DNA of 64,000 nucleotides from positions 1,472,001 through 1,536,000 of the forward strand of contig CAWBOS010000010.1 in NCBI GenBank assembly GCA_963790475.1, in the 5' to 3' direction. Position 1 is the stretch's first letter; the number at the start of each line of letters is the position of its first letter. Below the pieces are notes generated by a model. It was not told the DNA's origin and did no database searches. It saw nothing but the letters and a program-made list of their open reading frames with translations. Made by a program: the position numbers and the translations under genes. The stretch is from an uncultured delta proteobacterium. Its GTDB lineage: Bacteria > Desulfobacterota > RBG-13-43-22. This document shows positions 37,736 through 49,235 of the stretch, one piece after another.

Positions 37736-38510
37736 TCATAAAGAATAAACCGAAGCAGGAGTATCTCCCGCATCTCCTGTAACAGTGCCTTCGCTTGAGG
37801 CTCTTTTCAGCCTCCCTTGGCCGAGCAACTTCTCCAGTTGTTGCAGGTTCACCGTGTTGGGATAGAATTCTCCCCACCAACGAGCGCAACGATTGGCGTC
37901 CAGTGGAATCCCAACCACGGGTACTTCGGCACGAGCGCACAGTCGCATGCCTGAAACCAGTTCCGGAATACAGGCGATCCCCAATACTCCCAGATGCCTT
38001 CCTTCCTTCTTCAATTTCCTGAAAAGTGATTGGAGATTTGCGGTCATCCAGATATAGGGCTGTACCCCATGCCGACGCAATATTTTCGACACCGCATTGA
38101 TGTCGCAGACTCCAGAGCACCCCTGCAAACATAATCCTCCCCATGTTTTGCCGATTGGCATTCGCCTTTAAGATCACGCAAACAGTGCGGAAGAAATGCC
38201 AACTTCGTATCACAATTCCGGAACGACTTAGCCTTCAGACGATTCTGCAACTCGATCTCCAGCATGTACAGATGATACTGTTGCTCGGAGGTTGCAGTAT
38301 TCGATCCCAGCGCTTCTTCAACGGTAGTTCTCGCAGATGCTCCGCTGCAGATTTGGTGAACGGGGAGAATTCCTTTAGCAACTCTTCGATACAATCGGTT
38401 TTTGTCAAGCAATGATCGGCCACAAGGCCTAGTCGTTCATAGTAGTCATCACTGTTGCTGCCAATACCGTAGAGGGAATAAGTTTTGCCGACAAAGGGCT
38501 TTTCCATCAT
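37736..38510 (-). pseudogene. DUF116-like Cys-rich protein with two frameshifts
   Basis: Three consecutive frames give ...FLPHCLR...C..YVC / CSGVCDI...GVLGIACIPEL..G..VVGIPLDANRC. Confidence 0.72.
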
Positions 38511-38659
38511 GGGGTTATGCTACTCAACGGGAGCTTGAAAGTCAACGCCGTTACAACAGTTACCATGATTCCCTCATTTTCATAGGCCTTTAAGGCGGCC
38601 CTTAGAAATTGGACCATGGAATAGGCTTCGAGTTAACCCAAAGAAAGCGGCTCCACTAT

Positions 38660-38717
38660 TTTTCTTCTTGATCCTGTCTTTACCTTACCCTATACTCTTT
38701 TCATCAAAAAGGAAGTT
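38660..38717 (+). promoter_or_regulatory. Repeated promoter module, copy 4
   Basis: TTGATC(38668)-ctgtctttaccttaccc-TATACT(38691)-cttttcatcaaa. Confidence 0.75.
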
Positions 38718-38782
38718 CTCAAATTCCTAAAATTGATCTTTTTGACCGTCACTTTTAAGAAATATTAGGGAGACATGAAAAG

Positions 38783-40705
38783 ATGCCTGGTTGGTGTGGA
38801 AAGATCCTTCGGATCGATTTGAGTGATAACCGCATCACTACTGAAGAAACGGAAAGGCTGTCCCAGTTGTTTTTGGGAGGCCGGGGCATGGCCACCAAGA
38901 TATACTGGGACGAAGTACCTCCGGAGGTAGGTGCCTTTGATGCCGCCAACAAGATCATCATCATGGCCGGTCCTCTGGTAGCCACAGGCGTTCAAGGGGC
39001 AACTCGATGTACGGTGATGGGCAAGTCGCCAATGTTGAACCCTGAGGGGTTTTCCTACGGGAGCCTGGGCGGATTTTTTCCCTCCGAACTGAAAAAAGCC
39101 GGGTTTGATGGGATCGTCATTTCGGGAAAAGCCTCCAAACCGAGCCTGATCGTTATCAGGGGTGAAACCGTGGAGATCTGCGATGCTGCAGACTTATGGG
39201 GCAAGGGAACCTATGAGGTCAGTACGATCCTCCGAGGCCGGTACGGGGAAGACATCAGATATATTTCAACCGGTCTGGCCGGAGAAAATCTGTGCCGAAG
39301 CGCCACCGTCATTAGCGATAATGAGGGCAGCGTCACTTCAGGCTTCGGAGCCGTTTTCGGATCGAAAAAGCTAAAGGCTATTGCCGTAAGAGGTCCCGGA
39401 AGTCCATCGGTGGCCAGGAAGGAGGAGCTCCAAGCCCTCAACCGCAGAACCGTCCTCTTGAGCAAACGGCTGCCCATTAAACTCCCTTTGCCCAAGCAAC
39501 AAATCACCTATCTAAAGAAATCCCCCTGCGCCGCCTGCGGCCTGGACTGCCAGAGAGGCCTGTTCCGAACCAATTCGGGCCGGGAAGCCGTTAGAAAATG
39601 CCATTCCATGACCTTTTATATGCCTTGGGTTTACCGCCGTAAAGACGAACCCATCGATACGAGCTTTTCAGCCACGGCCTTGTGTAATGATTATGCCCTC
39701 TGCACTATGGAAATCCAAAACGTCGTCGAGTGGTTGCAGGCCTGTGAAAAAAAGGGCCTGCTTACGGAAAAGGAAACTGGAATCAATCTGTCAGATTTAG
39801 GATCACTGTCCTTCATTACTCAATTGACCTCGATGATCGCCAAAAGGGAAGGCTTCGGAAACATCCTGGCCGAAGGGGTGATGAGGGCCTCGGCACAAAT
39901 GGGGGACAAAGCTTCAGACCAATTGACCATCAACATGAGCGGCGGCGGTATCGGTCTGGCGGGGGGTTATGCGCCGCGGGAATATCCCATTACCGCATTA
40001 TTGTATGCTTTCGAACCCAGACAGCCGATTGCCATGTTACACGAGGTGGTCTTTCATCTCATACGCTGGCTGGCCAACCGAACCCGTCCCGACTTATCCC
40101 CGACTACGACCGAGGTATTTCGCAAGGCCGCCGGGCGGTTCTGGGGGAGTGAAGAAGCGGGAAATTTTGCCACTTACGATGGAAAGGCCCTGGGGGCTGT
40201 CAAAATTCAGGATCGTACCTATGTCAAAGATAGTCTGGGATTGTGCGACTTTGCCTGGCCAATAATGGACTCGTTCAACACACCCGATCACGTGGGCGAT
40301 CCGGAACTTCCGGCGCAGATTTTTTCAGCCGTAACCGGTATGGAGGTCAAGGAAGATGATCTGCATCTCTTTGGCGAGCGAATTTTTAATCTTCAGAGAA
40401 GCATCCTTTTGCGTGAGGGCCGTAAGCCGAAGGAATCGGACCTGCCGCCGAACTTTAATTTTACCAAACCAGTGACCCGTGTGGCCACCAATCCTCAGAT
40501 GATTGTTCCCGGATCGGACGAAAACCCGGTATCCATACAGGGCAACACCCTCGATCGGAACCGATACGAGTCCCTGCGGCGTGAATATTACCAGATAAGA
40601 AAATGGGACCCCGATTCGGGACGCCAAAAGAAAAGCACCCTGGACGCACTCGGTTTATCGGATGCTGCCTCGGAAATGAATAAGTTGGGGTTCCTGCAAT
40701 TGTAA
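38783..40705 (+). CDS. Aldehyde:ferredoxin oxidoreductase family (W/Mo) protein
   Basis: GKILRIDLS, LGGRG, KSP, GFDGIVISG, GAVFGSKKLKAI, CAACGLDC, DSLGLC. Confidence 0.9.
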   Translation: MPGWCGKILRIDLSDNRITTEETERLSQLFLGGRGMATKIYWDEVPPEVGAFDAANKIIIMAGPLVATGVQGATRCTVMGKSPMLNPEGFSYGSLGGFFPSELKKAGFDGIVISGKASKPSLIVIRGETVEICDAADLWGKGTYEVSTILRGRYGEDIRYISTGLAGENLCRSATVISDNEGSVTSGFGAVFGSKKLKAIAVRGPGSPSVARKEELQALNRRTVLLSKRLPIKLPLPKQQITYLKKSPCAACGLDCQRGLFRTNSGREAVRKCHSMTFYMPWVYRRKDEPIDTSFSATALCNDYALCTMEIQNVVEWLQACEKKGLLTEKETGINLSDLGSLSFITQLTSMIAKREGFGNILAEGVMRASAQMGDKASDQLTINMSGGGIGLAGGYAPREYPITALLYAFEPRQPIAMLHEVVFHLIRWLANRTRPDLSPTTTEVFRKAAGRFWGSEEAGNFATYDGKALGAVKIQDRTYVKDSLGLCDFAWPIMDSFNTPDHVGDPELPAQIFSAVTGMEVKEDDLHLFGERIFNLQRSILLREGRKPKESDLPPNFNFTKPVTRVATNPQMIVPGSDENPVSIQGNTLDRNRYESLRREYYQIRKWDPDSGRQKKSTLDALGLSDAASEMNKLGFLQL

Positions 40706-41023
40706 AGGGCCATTCTCCGGTAAACACCTTCAAAAACGAAAACCCAAGGGACCCTCATCCTATCCCGGACCGCCTGGCTAATCGGCTCTAAGAATCACAC
40801 CCCAAGGCGTTCACCCTTGACTACAAACCCATAGTGTCCAAGCGCCTAATATTCCGAAACCGTAAATAAACCATGATTAGTGCAAAAATACTTCCTTTTT
40901 TTCTTAAAGATACCCACTCCATATTATTTATTTTGGAGAGTGTTTAAATTAAAATTGGATAAACGAAGAATTTCAAACTCCTGGGAATTCTGAGTTGAAA
41001 ACCACGAAACAAGGGAGTTTCCA

Positions 41024-41816
41024 ATGGATAGACCCTTTCAATCGATGCCTGATATCGAGGTCCTTCCTGCGCATTTTCCGATCCCCGGTATGGGTTTCCT
41101 TCCGGTCAATGCCTTCGTCATCAAGGATAAAGAGCCGATCCTCATTGACACGGGAATGGGAATTGAGAGTCAAGAGTTTATGAAGGCTTTAGAGTCGATT
41201 ATTGATCCTCAGGACTTGAGGGGGGTGTGGCTTACCCACGACGATGCCGATCATACCGGCAGTATTCAGAAGGTTCTGGAAGCAGCACCTAGTGCGCGGC
41301 TCGCGGCAAACTCCTTGGCAGTATTGAGGATGAGCTCGGCTTGGCCGGTATCCATGCATCGGATTTACTGGCTAAATTTGGGAGACAGCATTAGGGTAGG
41401 TAACCGTAAGCTGACCGCTGTTAGGCCTCCCCTGTTCGATAACCTGACGACAATCGGTATCTACGATAACAAATCGGAAGCCTTTTTCTCTGCCGATTGC
41501 TTTGGTGCGATTATCCCCTCGCCGGCGCAGAATGCCGATGATATCGGAGAGAAGGATCTGGCTCAAGGCATGATCAGCTGGGCCAGCGCGGACAGCCCCT
41601 GGGTCCATATGGTTGAGCCGGGCGGATTCGGCCAAGTGATGGATAGAATTCGCCAAATTGCCCAAAATGATTTTCTCAGGACACTTGCCGCCGATGCGAG
41701 GAAAGACCGAACAGTTCCTGGAGCTACTTGCGAAAGTCCCAACTTCGTCCCCTTTTATTCCTCCCGATCAGACGGTATTGGAACAAATATTGGCTCAGCC
41801 CAAGGACAGAAGCTAA
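41024..41816 (+). pseudogene. Metallo-beta-lactamase-fold (flavodiiron/ODP-like) protein with frameshift near 41660
   Basis: LIDTG, THDDADHTG, FSADCFG; shifted frame continues PKMIFSGHLPP...DRS*. Confidence 0.7.
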
Positions 41817-41949
41817 CCGGATGAGGACCCAGCAGAATTATAGAAATATAGTCTGGAGCAAAGCCGAATAAGTATATTTATTGGAAGTTAAAGAATAGGT
41901 TAAATTATTCTTATTACCATTTAAACAGTTGAAGGGAAGGCAGGGTGTT

Positions 41950-42147
41950 ATGCTCGGTATTAATCAGGATTTATTAGTTATTCTGGTAATAGCCGCTTTT
42001 ATCTTTGGGAGCAAAAAATTACCGGAAATCGGAAAAGGTTTGGGGAAAGGAATCCAAGAATTTAAAAGCGGCCTTTACGATCACGATGAAGAGCCACCAT
42101 CCAAACCCAAGGAAATTGAAAAAGACACGACTGAAAAAAAAGAATAG
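41950..42147 (+). CDS. tatA: Twin-arginine translocase TatA/E subunit
   Basis: TM helix, [21 protein letters not shown]. Confidence 0.9.
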   Translation: MLGINQDLLVILVIAAFIFGSKKLPEIGKGLGKGIQEFKSGLYDHDEEPPSKPKEIEKDTTEKKE

Positions 42148-42179
42148 GACCAGCTTTTATCCTGGTTCTCTAACTCTAT

Positions 42180-42225
42180 TTTTCTTCCTTGATCCTGTCT
42201 TTCTCTTTCCCTATACTCTTATCAG
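42180..42225 (+). promoter_or_regulatory. Repeated promoter module, copy 5
   Basis: TTGATC(42189)-ctgtctttctctttccc-TATACT(42212). Confidence 0.72.
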
Positions 42226-42276
42226 GAGCAGATACTTATCAAATAGAGCATCCTGATAGGTCGGAAGGGTTCAAAA

Positions 42277-42870
42277 ATGCGCCGCTGGATGATAACGGTA
42301 TTCCTGATCTGCCTTTTTTTCCCTGAAGCTGCCTTGTCGGATATGTATTACTGGGTCGATGACCAGGGGATTCAGAACTACACCGCGAGACTTGAGAGCG
42401 TTCCCGAGGAATACCGTTCCCAGGCTCAACAGCTTTCTCTTCCACCGACTCCTCCTGCTCCCCCTGAACTGAATCCGAGTCCGCCCGCCAACGGCCTGAC
42501 GCGAATTTCCTTCACGCCAGGCTCTCTCGTTTTGGTGGATGCCAAGATGAACGGCCTCGGACCCATCAGGCTCGTCCTTGATACCGGTGCCGAGCGCACC
42601 ATAATTTTACCTTCGGTTCAGTCAAGGTTAGGCCTTTCCACGGAAAATGGGCCTTCCGTTACCCTGAAAAGCGTGACGGGAACGGGTTATGCAAAGGGAG
42701 TGTGGGTTGATTCCATTCAAGTCGGTGAAACCAGAGTGGGTCCACTTCTTATTGTCGTTTATGCCGCTGACCTTAAAGGAGCCGATGGTCTGCTGGGCCG
42801 GGATTTTTTATCACACCTTACCATGACAATTGACTCAAAAGAAAGACTAGTCACGCTCACACCTAACTAA
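42277..42870 (+). CDS. Exported DUF4124 + retropepsin-like aspartyl protease
   Basis: Signal peptide, YYWVDDQG, LVLDTGA, GLLGRDFL. Confidence 0.85.
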   Translation: MRRWMITVFLICLFFPEAALSDMYYWVDDQGIQNYTARLESVPEEYRSQAQQLSLPPTPPAPPELNPSPPANGLTRISFTPGSLVLVDAKMNGLGPIRLVLDTGAERTIILPSVQSRLGLSTENGPSVTLKSVTGTGYAKGVWVDSIQVGETRVGPLLIVVYAADLKGADGLLGRDFLSHLTMTIDSKERLVTLTPN

Positions 42871-43077
42871 AGTAAAAGGGCAACGTACCGGGAACTTTTC
42901 TTTCGATAGCCGGAACTTCGGCGTGCCCTTTTGGGGAGGGCGGCCAACATTACAACTACTGTATTTTTTTCCTCAAAATACTCTTCTGCCTATATTTCCT
43001 TATTAACTTACTTAGGGGATATTTAATATGAATCAATTTTCTTTTGCATTTCTAATGGCCTAAAGAAAGGGTCAATA

Positions 43078-43737
43078 ATGAATACCCCCATTAAAATCCT
43101 GCACATCGATTCTGATTTTAAAATAACTTATTTCATTAAAAATCCGGGAAGTATGATCCGTTCCCTGGTTCCCCTCAAACAAGCCATTAAACTGCTGAAA
43201 ACCCAAAAATTTAATTTGATTCTCTCAGAGCCACACGGTAAAGCAATTCGTTGGTATCGCTCGCATTTTTATAACGGGGCCTGGTTTTATTATGACGATG
43301 TTCCAACTTTTTATTTTGATATAGACCCAGGTTGGAGAGGATACTACAGAGACCATGATTGGTACTGCCACCGGTGGAACTATGTGCGGATTCCTTACCA
43401 GCAACTTCAACAAAACTGGAAGAGCTGGCATAATAATCGACATTGGGAAAGGCAAGGAACTTGGGGCGTCCAGAGCTATCAACCTCGACCACAACAACAG
43501 ATACAAGAACTAAGACAACAAAGGCAACAGCAATATCAACAGAGACCTGAGATCCAAAAACATCAAATTCAGCAACCACCGAGACAATTTCAGGAAAGAG
43601 TTCAACAGCCAAGAGAAAGACTTGAGGAGAGGATTCAGCAACCACAAAGGCAAGAGCATAGACCTCAGGTTCAGCAGCCGCAACACCCTCAACTTCAGAG
43701 AAGACCTGAAGGAAGAGAGGAAGAACATAAAAGGTAA
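43078..43737 (+). CDS. Chimeric ORF: short receiver-like stub fused to a Trp/Tyr/His-rich, Gln-rich tail
   Basis: IKILHIDSD..FNLILSEP N-part (partly duplicated at 62681-62752), abrupt compositional switch near 43250. Confidence 0.5.
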   Translation: MNTPIKILHIDSDFKITYFIKNPGSMIRSLVPLKQAIKLLKTQKFNLILSEPHGKAIRWYRSHFYNGAWFYYDDVPTFYFDIDPGWRGYYRDHDWYCHRWNYVRIPYQQLQQNWKSWHNNRHWERQGTWGVQSYQPRPQQQIQELRQQRQQQYQQRPEIQKHQIQQPPRQFQERVQQPRERLEERIQQPQRQEHRPQVQQPQHPQLQRRPEGREEEHKR

Positions 43738-43833
43738 AATGACAAAGGGGACTAAAATCCTGATTTTCTCCATTCTTGATAGCCCGACAATCATTTATTA
43801 ATCAGGAAAGAAGAGAAAGAAAGGAGAAGAAAA

Positions 43834-44352
43834 ATGATACCCGAAATCAAGACCATTCTTTATGCAACGGATCTCAGCAAAAACTCATCTTATGCCTTTC
43901 TTTATGCTGTTGATATGGCAAAAAGGCATAAGGCAAGAATTGTCATCTTACATTCTGTTGCCCCTGTTCATTATTTGTACCCTGAAGAAATGTCTTATCG
44001 TTTGTTTGAGATATTGGAAAAAGCCAAGACAGCGGAACGGGAAACAGACGTTGTGGAAATCAAGAAAAATCTTCAGAAGTTTTGTGAGAAAATGGAGAGT
44101 CAAATTGGCCCTCCATGCGTTGAACTGGTATCCAAAATCCTTGTTCCGGTGGGCCATTCCGTAGAAGAGATTTTGAATGCAGCGGAAAAAGAGGCTTGTG
44201 ATGCGATCGTCCTTGGAACCCATGGAAAAGGATTCTTGAAACACACCTTTCTTGGAAGTGTAGCTGAAGCGGTATTGGCAAGAACCCGAAAGCCGGTTCT
44301 CGTTATACCGTTGCCCTCTGAAAAAACCAATTTTGATTGGGATAAAATATGA
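43834..44352 (+). CDS. Universal stress protein
   Basis: ILYATDLS, IVLGTHGKG..FLGSVAEAV..PVLVIP. Confidence 0.92.
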   Translation: MIPEIKTILYATDLSKNSSYAFLYAVDMAKRHKARIVILHSVAPVHYLYPEEMSYRLFEILEKAKTAERETDVVEIKKNLQKFCEKMESQIGPPCVELVSKILVPVGHSVEEILNAAEKEACDAIVLGTHGKGFLKHTFLGSVAEAVLARTRKPVLVIPLPSEKTNFDWDKI

Positions 44353-44499
44353 GCCTTTCTATGAAGTTAAGCTATCAGCTGGAGACAGAGAGACGAGCTT
44401 TAACCAGAGAGGAAGCCTATATCCAACTGGGCCATAGCGCTTCGCTTCCCAAGGCTCTTTGGGATTACACTCAATAAGGAGGATACCAGGAGGATACCT

Positions 44500-45177
44500 A
44501 TGAAGATCATAGCCATCGTCGGCAGCCCGAGAGGAGTTAAAGGGGCTACAGGCGCTTTAATGAAGATAGTGCTTCAGGGGGCTGAAAGTCTTGGAGCGAC
44601 TACCGAGATCTTTGCCATCAAGGGACAAGAAATAAAACCTTGCCGAGCCTGCAATACTTGCCATAAGGAGGGCGTCTGCCCCCAGAAGGACTCCTTCCGA
44701 ACGATCAAAGAGAGTATCGACCACGCCCATGGTCTTGTACTCGGAAGCCCCAACTACATATTTCACGTTAGTGCCCAACTGAAAGCCTTCTTGGACCGCT
44801 GTTGCGGCATGGTTCATTGTCAGGGCTTTGAGGGAAAGTATGGAGTGGCAGTGGTCACCTCCGGAGGAGGGGATGAGGCCCCTATAGCAGACTACATGCA
44901 GCATTTTCTGGCCATCACCGGGGCTATTCCTGTTGGGGCTGTTTGGGCGAGAATGGGTCAGATTCAAGGTTATAACTTTCCTTCGGAAATAAGAGAAAAG
45001 GCCTTTTCCCTGGGGGAGAGGCTTGTCAAGGCCTGGATGGCTAAAGAAGAAATTCCTGGGTACAAGGAGGTCACCCAGGATTTCCGTGAACGTATGCGAT
45101 CTCTGATGCTTTGGCGAAAGAAGGAATGGCCTTATGAGTACGAATACTGGAAGGCACACCGGGGTCTGAAAGGCTGA
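44500..45177 (+). CDS. Iron-sulfur flavoprotein / NADPH-dependent FMN reductase family
   Basis: GSPRG, CRACNTC...C...D, GSPNY, LKAFLDR. Confidence 0.88.
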   Translation: MKIIAIVGSPRGVKGATGALMKIVLQGAESLGATTEIFAIKGQEIKPCRACNTCHKEGVCPQKDSFRTIKESIDHAHGLVLGSPNYIFHVSAQLKAFLDRCCGMVHCQGFEGKYGVAVVTSGGGDEAPIADYMQHFLAITGAIPVGAVWARMGQIQGYNFPSEIREKAFSLGERLVKAWMAKEEIPGYKEVTQDFRERMRSLMLWRKKEWPYEYEYWKAHRGLKG

Positions 45178-45635
45178 GTACGCTAACCTCAAAAAACACT
45201 AGAAAAGAAAAGTGGATCGAAATCCAGACAGCCGCATTAAAAACTTCTTCCAGAAGTCCTCGGATTTTCATTTATGACGGATTATAGGCACCAGTTCCAT
45301 GTTGAACAAGAATGGTTCGCAGATTCTCTGCCTGGCACTCTCGCAGACTCTACCAAGCCTTTGTGAATCAACCCAAAAAGAATAGGCTGTCCTTCCTCCC
45401 GGCCACTCCTTTTTGCTATTAAAAATATTGGAGAAATTTTAATAAAGTACTATAAGTTTCAAGATAAAATACAGGGATCGCCTTATTTTTTAAACTTTTT
45501 TAATTTGAGATAATAGATTTATTTACGGATGCCAACGCTTAGAAGCTTATTTGAAAAATCAACAATAGTCATGGATTCGGACAATAACGGAATCGAATTT
45601 TTTCCCGTTATTAAATCCAAAAAATAGAGAAAGTT

Positions 45636-45941
45636 ATGTTGGTCAACCGAAAATATTATTTCCTTATTTTGATCCTGGTTATTCTTCTTGGGGTAGCCTC
45701 GATCACCCCGGCCTGGACCGCACAAAAACCCGTTGATTTAAGCACCACCATTATCCAGGTAGCCAAGCAAAATCTTTCCAAGGTTGTCTATATTGAGGTC
45801 ATTAAGATTGGTCCGAAAAGCCCTCTTAAAGAGGCTGGTTTTGAGACGGGGGACATAATCCTGGCCATCGAAAATCAACCCATTCGAAACCTGGAGGGCT
45901 TTGTTGATTTGGTAAGTCTTTTAAATTTTCTAGTCGTTTAG
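45636..45941 (+). pseudogene. HtrA/DegP-like remnant (signal + first helix joined to PDZ; protease domain deleted)
   Basis: ...IIQVAKQNLSKVVYIEV | IKIGPKSPLKEAGFETGDIILAIENQPI. Confidence 0.65.
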
Positions 45942-46621
45942 TAAATAAACATCGACAAATTTTTTTCCTATCCAGGATGAAGTCGCGAAATGTCCTCTTG
46001 GCCGTCGCCCCGGCGAAAGCCGGGTCCAGACGAAAAAGGGACTTTCATCCACTATTCGAAGCCAACTGCCCCGTCAGGGGCCGCCTCTTCGGAGGTAAAC
46101 TCCCGGAAGAGGCTTAGAAATTTATAGGGCTTTATTTGAAAAATATTCCCTAATAAGAGAAAAATGAAGGGCATAAAAGAGAAACTTAGTGGCTATTTGG
46201 CTAATTTAATACCTATTTTGATATATTTACCATAATTTTGATTTTCTCTTAATCCCCCATAATAAGAATTATACTGTATTTAAAGATAGTTATAATACAG
46301 GTATGGTAAATGCATACGAATTGAATAGTCAAACGATCTTCCAGACAGTTTGCTTTCTGGTAGTATTCAAAATGCCGATATTTTATTAAGGGAACAGTTA
46401 CATATGATGACAATAGGAGACTTTGAAATAAAAGTTAGTCTATTAGGTGCCGGAAAAACATTTGAACAGGCTATAAATAATGCTATTGAAATTTTTGTCT
46501 TTAAATCCGATTCTGACATCAATGAAGATAAGCCGGAAGATGAAGAGAAGGAGTAAATAAAATCCAGACTTGTTAAACCTTTTTTCTTCAGAAACCCTTA
46601 TCCCCCATGCCCTCAACCAAT

Positions 46622-46679
46622 CTTTCTTCTTGATCCTGTCTTTTTCCTGCCCTATACTCTTCTCATCGATAAAGAAGTT
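46622..46679 (+). promoter_or_regulatory. Repeated promoter module, copy 6
   Basis: TTGATC(46630)-ctgtctttttcctgccc-TATACT(46653)-cttctcatc. Confidence 0.75.
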
Positions 46680-46711
46680 ATTATGAAAAATATGATTTGG
46701 ATGGAGGAAAT

Positions 46712-47305
46712 GTGGAATTTGATCAGGTAATCCAAACACGCCGAAGTGTACGGAATTTCAAACCGGATCCGGTATCGGACAAGGCCGTTTTCGACATATT
46801 GGAGGCCGCCCGTTTGGCCGCTTCCGGCTCAAATATCCAACCCTGGCGGTTCATCATTATCCGCTCTCCGGAAATGAAGGAAAAACTTAAAACGGCTACC
46901 ATCTACCGGTTTGCCCTAAAAGCACCGGTGGTCATTGCCTGCTGTACCAACCTTTCGGCTCTGGACACCAGACCGGACCGGGTTGTCGAATTGATACAAG
47001 CGGGTGTTTTTGACAAGGTTGAAGTGGACGGCGAATATGTTCCACCGGAAAGGAGCCAAGAACAGGTTTTGACCTATCTGAACATGAACGTGGGGATCGC
47101 CATTACCCATATGATGCTCAAGGCGGTTGATTTAGGGCTGGGAAGCTGCTGGATAGGCGGATTCGACCCTCTGAAAACAAAAGAACTTCTTGATCTGGAT
47201 GACAATCTTCACGTTGTGGCCTTGTTGCCCATCGGATATCCGGAACAAATCCCGGCACAACGTCCCAGGTTTCCCTTAGAGAAGTTGATGGTCAAGACGG
47301 TTTAA
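46712..47305 (+). CDS. Nitroreductase family protein
   Basis: RRSVRNF, AASGSNIQPWRF, LGLGSCWIG, IGYP; GGAGG before GTG. Confidence 0.92.
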   Translation: MEFDQVIQTRRSVRNFKPDPVSDKAVFDILEAARLAASGSNIQPWRFIIIRSPEMKEKLKTATIYRFALKAPVVIACCTNLSALDTRPDRVVELIQAGVFDKVEVDGEYVPPERSQEQVLTYLNMNVGIAITHMMLKAVDLGLGSCWIGGFDPLKTKELLDLDDNLHVVALLPIGYPEQIPAQRPRFPLEKLMVKTV

Positions 47306-47556
47306 TAGGAATTCCCCCTTTCCATAACCCAAAACTTATCTACCTCCCTGCCACCAGAAACCGGTCATTGAATCCAGGGAGTTTCAATCGCACCTCTTTA
47401 CAGATAATCGATAAATATTGAGGGCCTTGATCGGGTAGCAGTGCACACTTCATCCATTATATTTTGACATTGACCATCAGAATCGAATAATGGTTAGGAC
47501 TGTTAAAAACTCTCAAAACAATGTTGAAATGGACTTGGAAAATTGGGAGGAATGGT

Positions 47557-49110
47557 ATGAGCTGGCAAGATGAAGTCGATGAACTGAGACGCCAGGAGAA
47601 AAAAGCCAGAGAAATGGGTGGTCCTGAGCGGGTTGCCAAACAGCATGAAAAAGGAAGGAAGACGGTTCGAGAGCGTATCGAACGGCTCTGTGACCAAGAC
47701 TCCTTTCAAGAAATCGGAACCCTGGCCGGCAAGGCCGTCTATGACGACACCGGAAAACTTCAGTCCTTCACCCCGAGCAGTGTGGTTATGGGTTATGGAC
47801 GAATTGATGGGCAGACGGCCTGTGTTTTTGGAAATGACTTTACTATCAAAGGCGGTTCCTCGGACGACAATGCCAGCTTTAAGGCCGAATTTCTGATGAG
47901 AATGGCCAAGGAGCGACGGATGCCCCTGGTTTGTTTATACGATGGGGCCGGGGGGACGGTAACCGAAGGCGGGGACCATACCATTGTTCCGGTGAATTTT
48001 GGTTGGGCAACGCTGACCGAGTTGATGTCCCTGGTGCCGGTTGTGGCCGCCAATTTAGGGACTTCGGCGGGATGGATTGCGGTGCAGGCCGCGTTCTCTC
48101 ATTGGAATGTGATGACCAAAAACAGCGAACTGTTTGTTGCCGGCCCCCCTTTGGTCAAACGCGCTCTGGACATCGATATCACCAAGGAGGCGCTGGGGAA
48201 CTACAAGGTCCATGGCTACCGGAGTGGAGTCATCGACAATGTGGCCGAAGATGAGGAAGATGCCTTGCGCCAGATCAAGCGTTTTCTCTCTTACCTGCCC
48301 CCCAATGTCTGGCAGCAGCCTCCACGCGAGGAAACGGGGGATGATCCGAATCGACGGGAGGAGGAGCTAATCTCCATCATACCCAAGGACCCCAAGAAAA
48401 CGTTTAACGTTCGGAAACTCATCCGCCAGGTGGTGGACCAGAACTCCCTGTTTGAGTATGCCCCTTATTACGGAAAGTCCGTTGTGACCGCTCTGGCCCG
48501 TCTGGACGGGTATCCGGTCGCCATACTCAGCAATGATTCGACCTGGTTGGGAGGAGCGCAGGATGTACCCGGGGCGGAGAAGATGCTGAAATTCATCGAC
48601 CTGGCGGATACCTTTCATCTGCCTGTTATCTATATGATGGACGTTCCGGGTTACTTCCTCGGTCCGGAATCAGAGAGAGCCGGGGCGGAAAGGAAGGCCG
48701 TACGGGTCCATGCGGCGATGCATCAGGCGACTACCCCCTGGGTAAGCGTCTTGTTAAGACGGTCCTTTGGAGTCGCCGGAGCCGGTCATGGACAATATAA
48801 TCGTTTGAACCTCCGCTTCGCCTGGCCTTCCGGCCAATGGGGCTCTCTGCCCATTGCCGGCGGCGCGATGGCAGAATTTCGTAGGGAAATTGAGGCGGCG
48901 CCCGACCCGGAAGCCAAAAGGGCCGAAATCGAAAAACGTCTCCGGGACATCGGTTCACCCATGCGCACCGCCCATAATTTTTCTTTAATGGGGGTAGAAG
49001 AGGTCATCGATCCTCGGGATACAAGGCCCCTCCTCTGTGAATTCGCCAGGCAGGCCCAGGGAGTTACCGCCACCCAACTGGGACCGAAGTATCGCGGCAT
49101 GAGGCCTTAG
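47557..49110 (+). CDS. Acyl-CoA carboxylase/decarboxylase carboxyltransferase subunit
   Basis: GG.ERV.KQH.KGR.TVRERI, DFTIKGGS, AGPPLV, DVPG, IDPRDTR. Confidence 0.9.
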   Translation: MSWQDEVDELRRQEKKAREMGGPERVAKQHEKGRKTVRERIERLCDQDSFQEIGTLAGKAVYDDTGKLQSFTPSSVVMGYGRIDGQTACVFGNDFTIKGGSSDDNASFKAEFLMRMAKERRMPLVCLYDGAGGTVTEGGDHTIVPVNFGWATLTELMSLVPVVAANLGTSAGWIAVQAAFSHWNVMTKNSELFVAGPPLVKRALDIDITKEALGNYKVHGYRSGVIDNVAEDEEDALRQIKRFLSYLPPNVWQQPPREETGDDPNRREEELISIIPKDPKKTFNVRKLIRQVVDQNSLFEYAPYYGKSVVTALARLDGYPVAILSNDSTWLGGAQDVPGAEKMLKFIDLADTFHLPVIYMMDVPGYFLGPESERAGAERKAVRVHAAMHQATTPWVSVLLRRSFGVAGAGHGQYNRLNLRFAWPSGQWGSLPIAGGAMAEFRREIEAAPDPEAKRAEIEKRLRDIGSPMRTAHNFSLMGVEEVIDPRDTRPLLCEFARQAQGVTATQLGPKYRGMRP

Positions 49111-49157
49111 GCGCTTAGTGAATAGAATTCTACTCAAATTGGATAGAATATTTCGTC

Positions 49158-49235
49158 GTCATTCCCGCGGAGGCGGGAATCCAGGCTATTCTCAACTTAT
49201 TAAAAACACTGGATTCCCTTTTTCAAGGGAATGAC
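49158..49235. repeat. REP-like palindromic element
   Basis: gtcattcccgcggaggcgggaatccag...ctggattccc..gggaatgac. Confidence 0.7.

Noticed and set aside
46446-46454. ggtgccgga as an att duplicate of the tRNA 3' end
   Set aside because: Only 9 bp; expected by chance.
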